From Bacteroidota bacterium (GTDB lineage: Bacteria > Bacteroidota > Bacteroidia > AKYH767-A > 2013-40CM-41-45): 64,000 bases of DNA. The DNA lies in NCBI GenBank assembly GCA_043747595.1, contig JAYTOX010000065.1, forward strand, positions 4,679 through 68,678, given 5' to 3'. Position numbers and translations under genes: made by a program. The stretch's first letter is position 1; every line of letters starts with the position of its first letter. This document shows positions 62,497 through 64,000 of the stretch, in pieces. A model generated the notes under the pieces. The model did no database searches, had not been told where the DNA came from, and was given only the letters and a program-made list of their open reading frames with translations.

Positions 62497-64000
62497 CTAA
62501 TCAACTTCCGGAATTTCAACACTATTTATTATCGGAACTATTTTACTCAAATAGGTTTTAGTTCCTTCGAGATCATAGTACGTGCTTATTAAAAGTTCAA
62601 CTTTAAACTTGACTGGCAAGTATGCGCCCCACTTCGAAAAACCGAGGAGAAACGGTTTTTCTTCATGTTGTTTCTCAACAAATACATCGATATTTTTCAA
62701 AGGCTCAGCAAGCTTTTTCCAAAATTTCAAAAAATCAATTTCCGAAATTTTTAAATCAAATTTGCTTTGGTATTCATTAAACTCATACTTGATTTCGTAA
62801 TATTCAAACAACATTCCTAGAGTTCTGTTCACCTTTGTTCCAGTGAAAGTAAAGAATTCAACTTTATGATCCGACACTAATAAAGGGCGCTCTTTTTCAA
62901 TATTACCAATCTTAAATTTCGAAAACTCTTTTCGCATTGCAGCAATCTCATCGTCACACGCTTCATTCAAAACATCATACTTAACATCACTAAATAGAAC
63001 CTCCAACATCTTTTCGCGAATCCTTTGGTGAATCATTGAACCACCACCATAAAAGAGCGGTTTCTTTCCGTCTTTCGCCGGAATAACTTCAATCTTTTTT
63101 GCCTTAAAATCAACATCTATAATCTTCCAAATTTTTGCTGATAGTAATATATTTTGATCTGGTGCAATCTGAGGTGTCAAAGGAATTTCACCAATTTTAT
63201 TTCCGCCGCTAGCTACTTTAAAATTCTCTTCTGTTCGAAACATACTATAGAATTCTCGACTGTTAACTGTCCGCTCTCCATCCATTCCAATAATTACTTC
63301 ATTCTGGATTTTTTCAAGAAAATTAATTTCAATCAAGTGGTCAACAATTTGGCGAATCTCAGAAATTTCGATTTCATTGAATGCAAAATTGGTTTTTAAT
63401 TCTTTCACTAATTTATCAATTGCAATTCCCGAATGCCCTTTTGCTATTGATAATGCTTGATGAAGCAAAATATCATATGGACGATCATTTGCAAATGGCG
63501 GTTCAATAAAACCTTCTTTATACAACAACCAACATGCGAGCGATTGCAATAAACTCCATTTGCCTGTTGCATACAAAAACAAATTACTACTCTCCCCCTC
63601 TTTTCGGCCACTTCGGCCTAACCTTTGAATTAAAGATGCTATACTATGAGTAGCATCAATTTGTACAACTTCCTCGACCGAACCTATATCAATTCCGAGT
63701 TCGAGTGTTGAAGTACATGAAATACAAAAATTTTGCCTCATGTTATTTTTTGCAAAATATTCTACATATTCACGAACTTCCTTGTCTACAGAGGAGTGAT
63801 GGGAAAAATAGTTAGAGTGCCCTTTTTTTCTAGCAGAAATTTTCTTCAACTTAACTGCTACTTCTTCTGCTCTCCCCCTACTATTTGGGAAAATCAAAAC
63901 TTTATTATCCTTTGTTTCATTATAAAGATCTTCCAAAAGATCAGGAGGCAATTCTATTCCATCTTCTTTAAAATATCGAAATACTGCATTTATTTCTTTG
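62497..64000 (-). CDS. superfamily-2 helicase, C-terminal part (ORF runs off the window edge)
   Basis: Motif VI 'QRLGRSGR' and the helicase-C region. The reading frame stays open upstream to position 64000 (KEINAVFRYFKEDGIELPPD...). The ORF-track 'M' at 63951 is a TTG. Confidence 0.65.
   Translation of the reverse strand, partial: KEINAVFRYFKEDGIELPPDLLEDLYNETKDNKVLIFPNSRGRAEEVAVKLKKISARKKGHSNYFSHHSSVDKEVREYVEYFAKNNMRQNFCISCTSTLELGIDIGSVEEVVQIDATHSIASLIQRLGRSGRKEGESSNLFLYATGKWSLLQSLACWLLYKEGFIEPPFANDRPYDILLHQALSIAKGHSGIAIDKLVKELKTNFAFNEIEISEIRQIVDHLIEINFLEKIQNEVIIGMDGERTVNSREFYSMFRTEENFKVASGGNKIGEIPLTPQIAPDQNILLSAKIWKIIDVDFKAKKIEVIPAKDGKKPLFYGGGSMIHQRIREKMLEVLFSDVKYDVLNEACDDEIAAMRKEFSKFKIGNIEKERPLLVSDHKVEFFTFTGTKVNRTLGMLFEYYEIKYEFNEYQSKFDLKISEIDFLKFWKKLAEPLKNIDVFVEKQHEEKPFLLGFSKWGAYLPVKFKVELLISTYYDLEGTKTYLSKIVPIINSVEIPEVD

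Noticed and set aside
1-64000. Search for a CRISPR array, rRNA, IS/transposase or integrase
   Set aside because: No regularly spaced direct repeats of 25-40 bp are present. There is no 16S/23S-like sequence. No DDE/HTH transposase or tyrosine or serine recombinase motifs appear in any ORF. The only repeats are intragenic protein-coding tandem repeats.

Overview
This 64 kb window is AT-rich chromosomal DNA (roughly 30% GC) from a Bacteroidota-type genome, probably Sphingobacteriia, Cytophagia or Flavobacteriia. The phylum call rests on the protein families seen: T9SS type-A and type-B C-terminal sorting domains, SprB repeats, a TonB-dependent receptor with a CarbopepD_reg N-terminus, a FadL/PorV-like OMP and an LVIVD propeller. 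Genes are densely packed and most are housekeeping: trxA, prfC, proS, lpxK, an lpxH-like gene, pfkA, purine nucleoside phosphorylase, a Nif3/Zn-ribbon pair, an M1 aminopeptidase, a TlpA thiol-disulfide oxidoreductase and a tandem Usp protein. There are three T9SS cargo proteins, including a 1279-aa adhesin with a lamin-tail domain, Ig-like repeats, SprB repeats, PKD domains and a type-B CTD. A three-gene phosphorelay operon sits on the minus strand: a 1468-aa multi-PAS histidine kinase, a stand-alone receiver, and a receiver-PAS-HisKA_3 kinase. A compact cluster places three monoheme c-type cytochromes around an outer-membrane beta-barrel. A 622-aa lipoprotein is almost entirely low-complexity (G/Y-rich and N/Q/P-rich). 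There is one tRNA-Asp(GTC). Directly downstream of that tRNA is the most unusual part of the window: a tight four-gene plus-strand operon with two paralogous ~190-aa proteins carrying a conserved Rx4H (HEPN-like) motif, flanking a RES-domain protein and a small Cys-rich protein. Beyond it lie a co-directional helicase (running off the window edge) and a DnaQ-like exonuclease fused to a BRCT domain. I found no CRISPR array, rRNA, integrase or transposase. All calls rest on motifs read from the supplied translations; no database search was possible.
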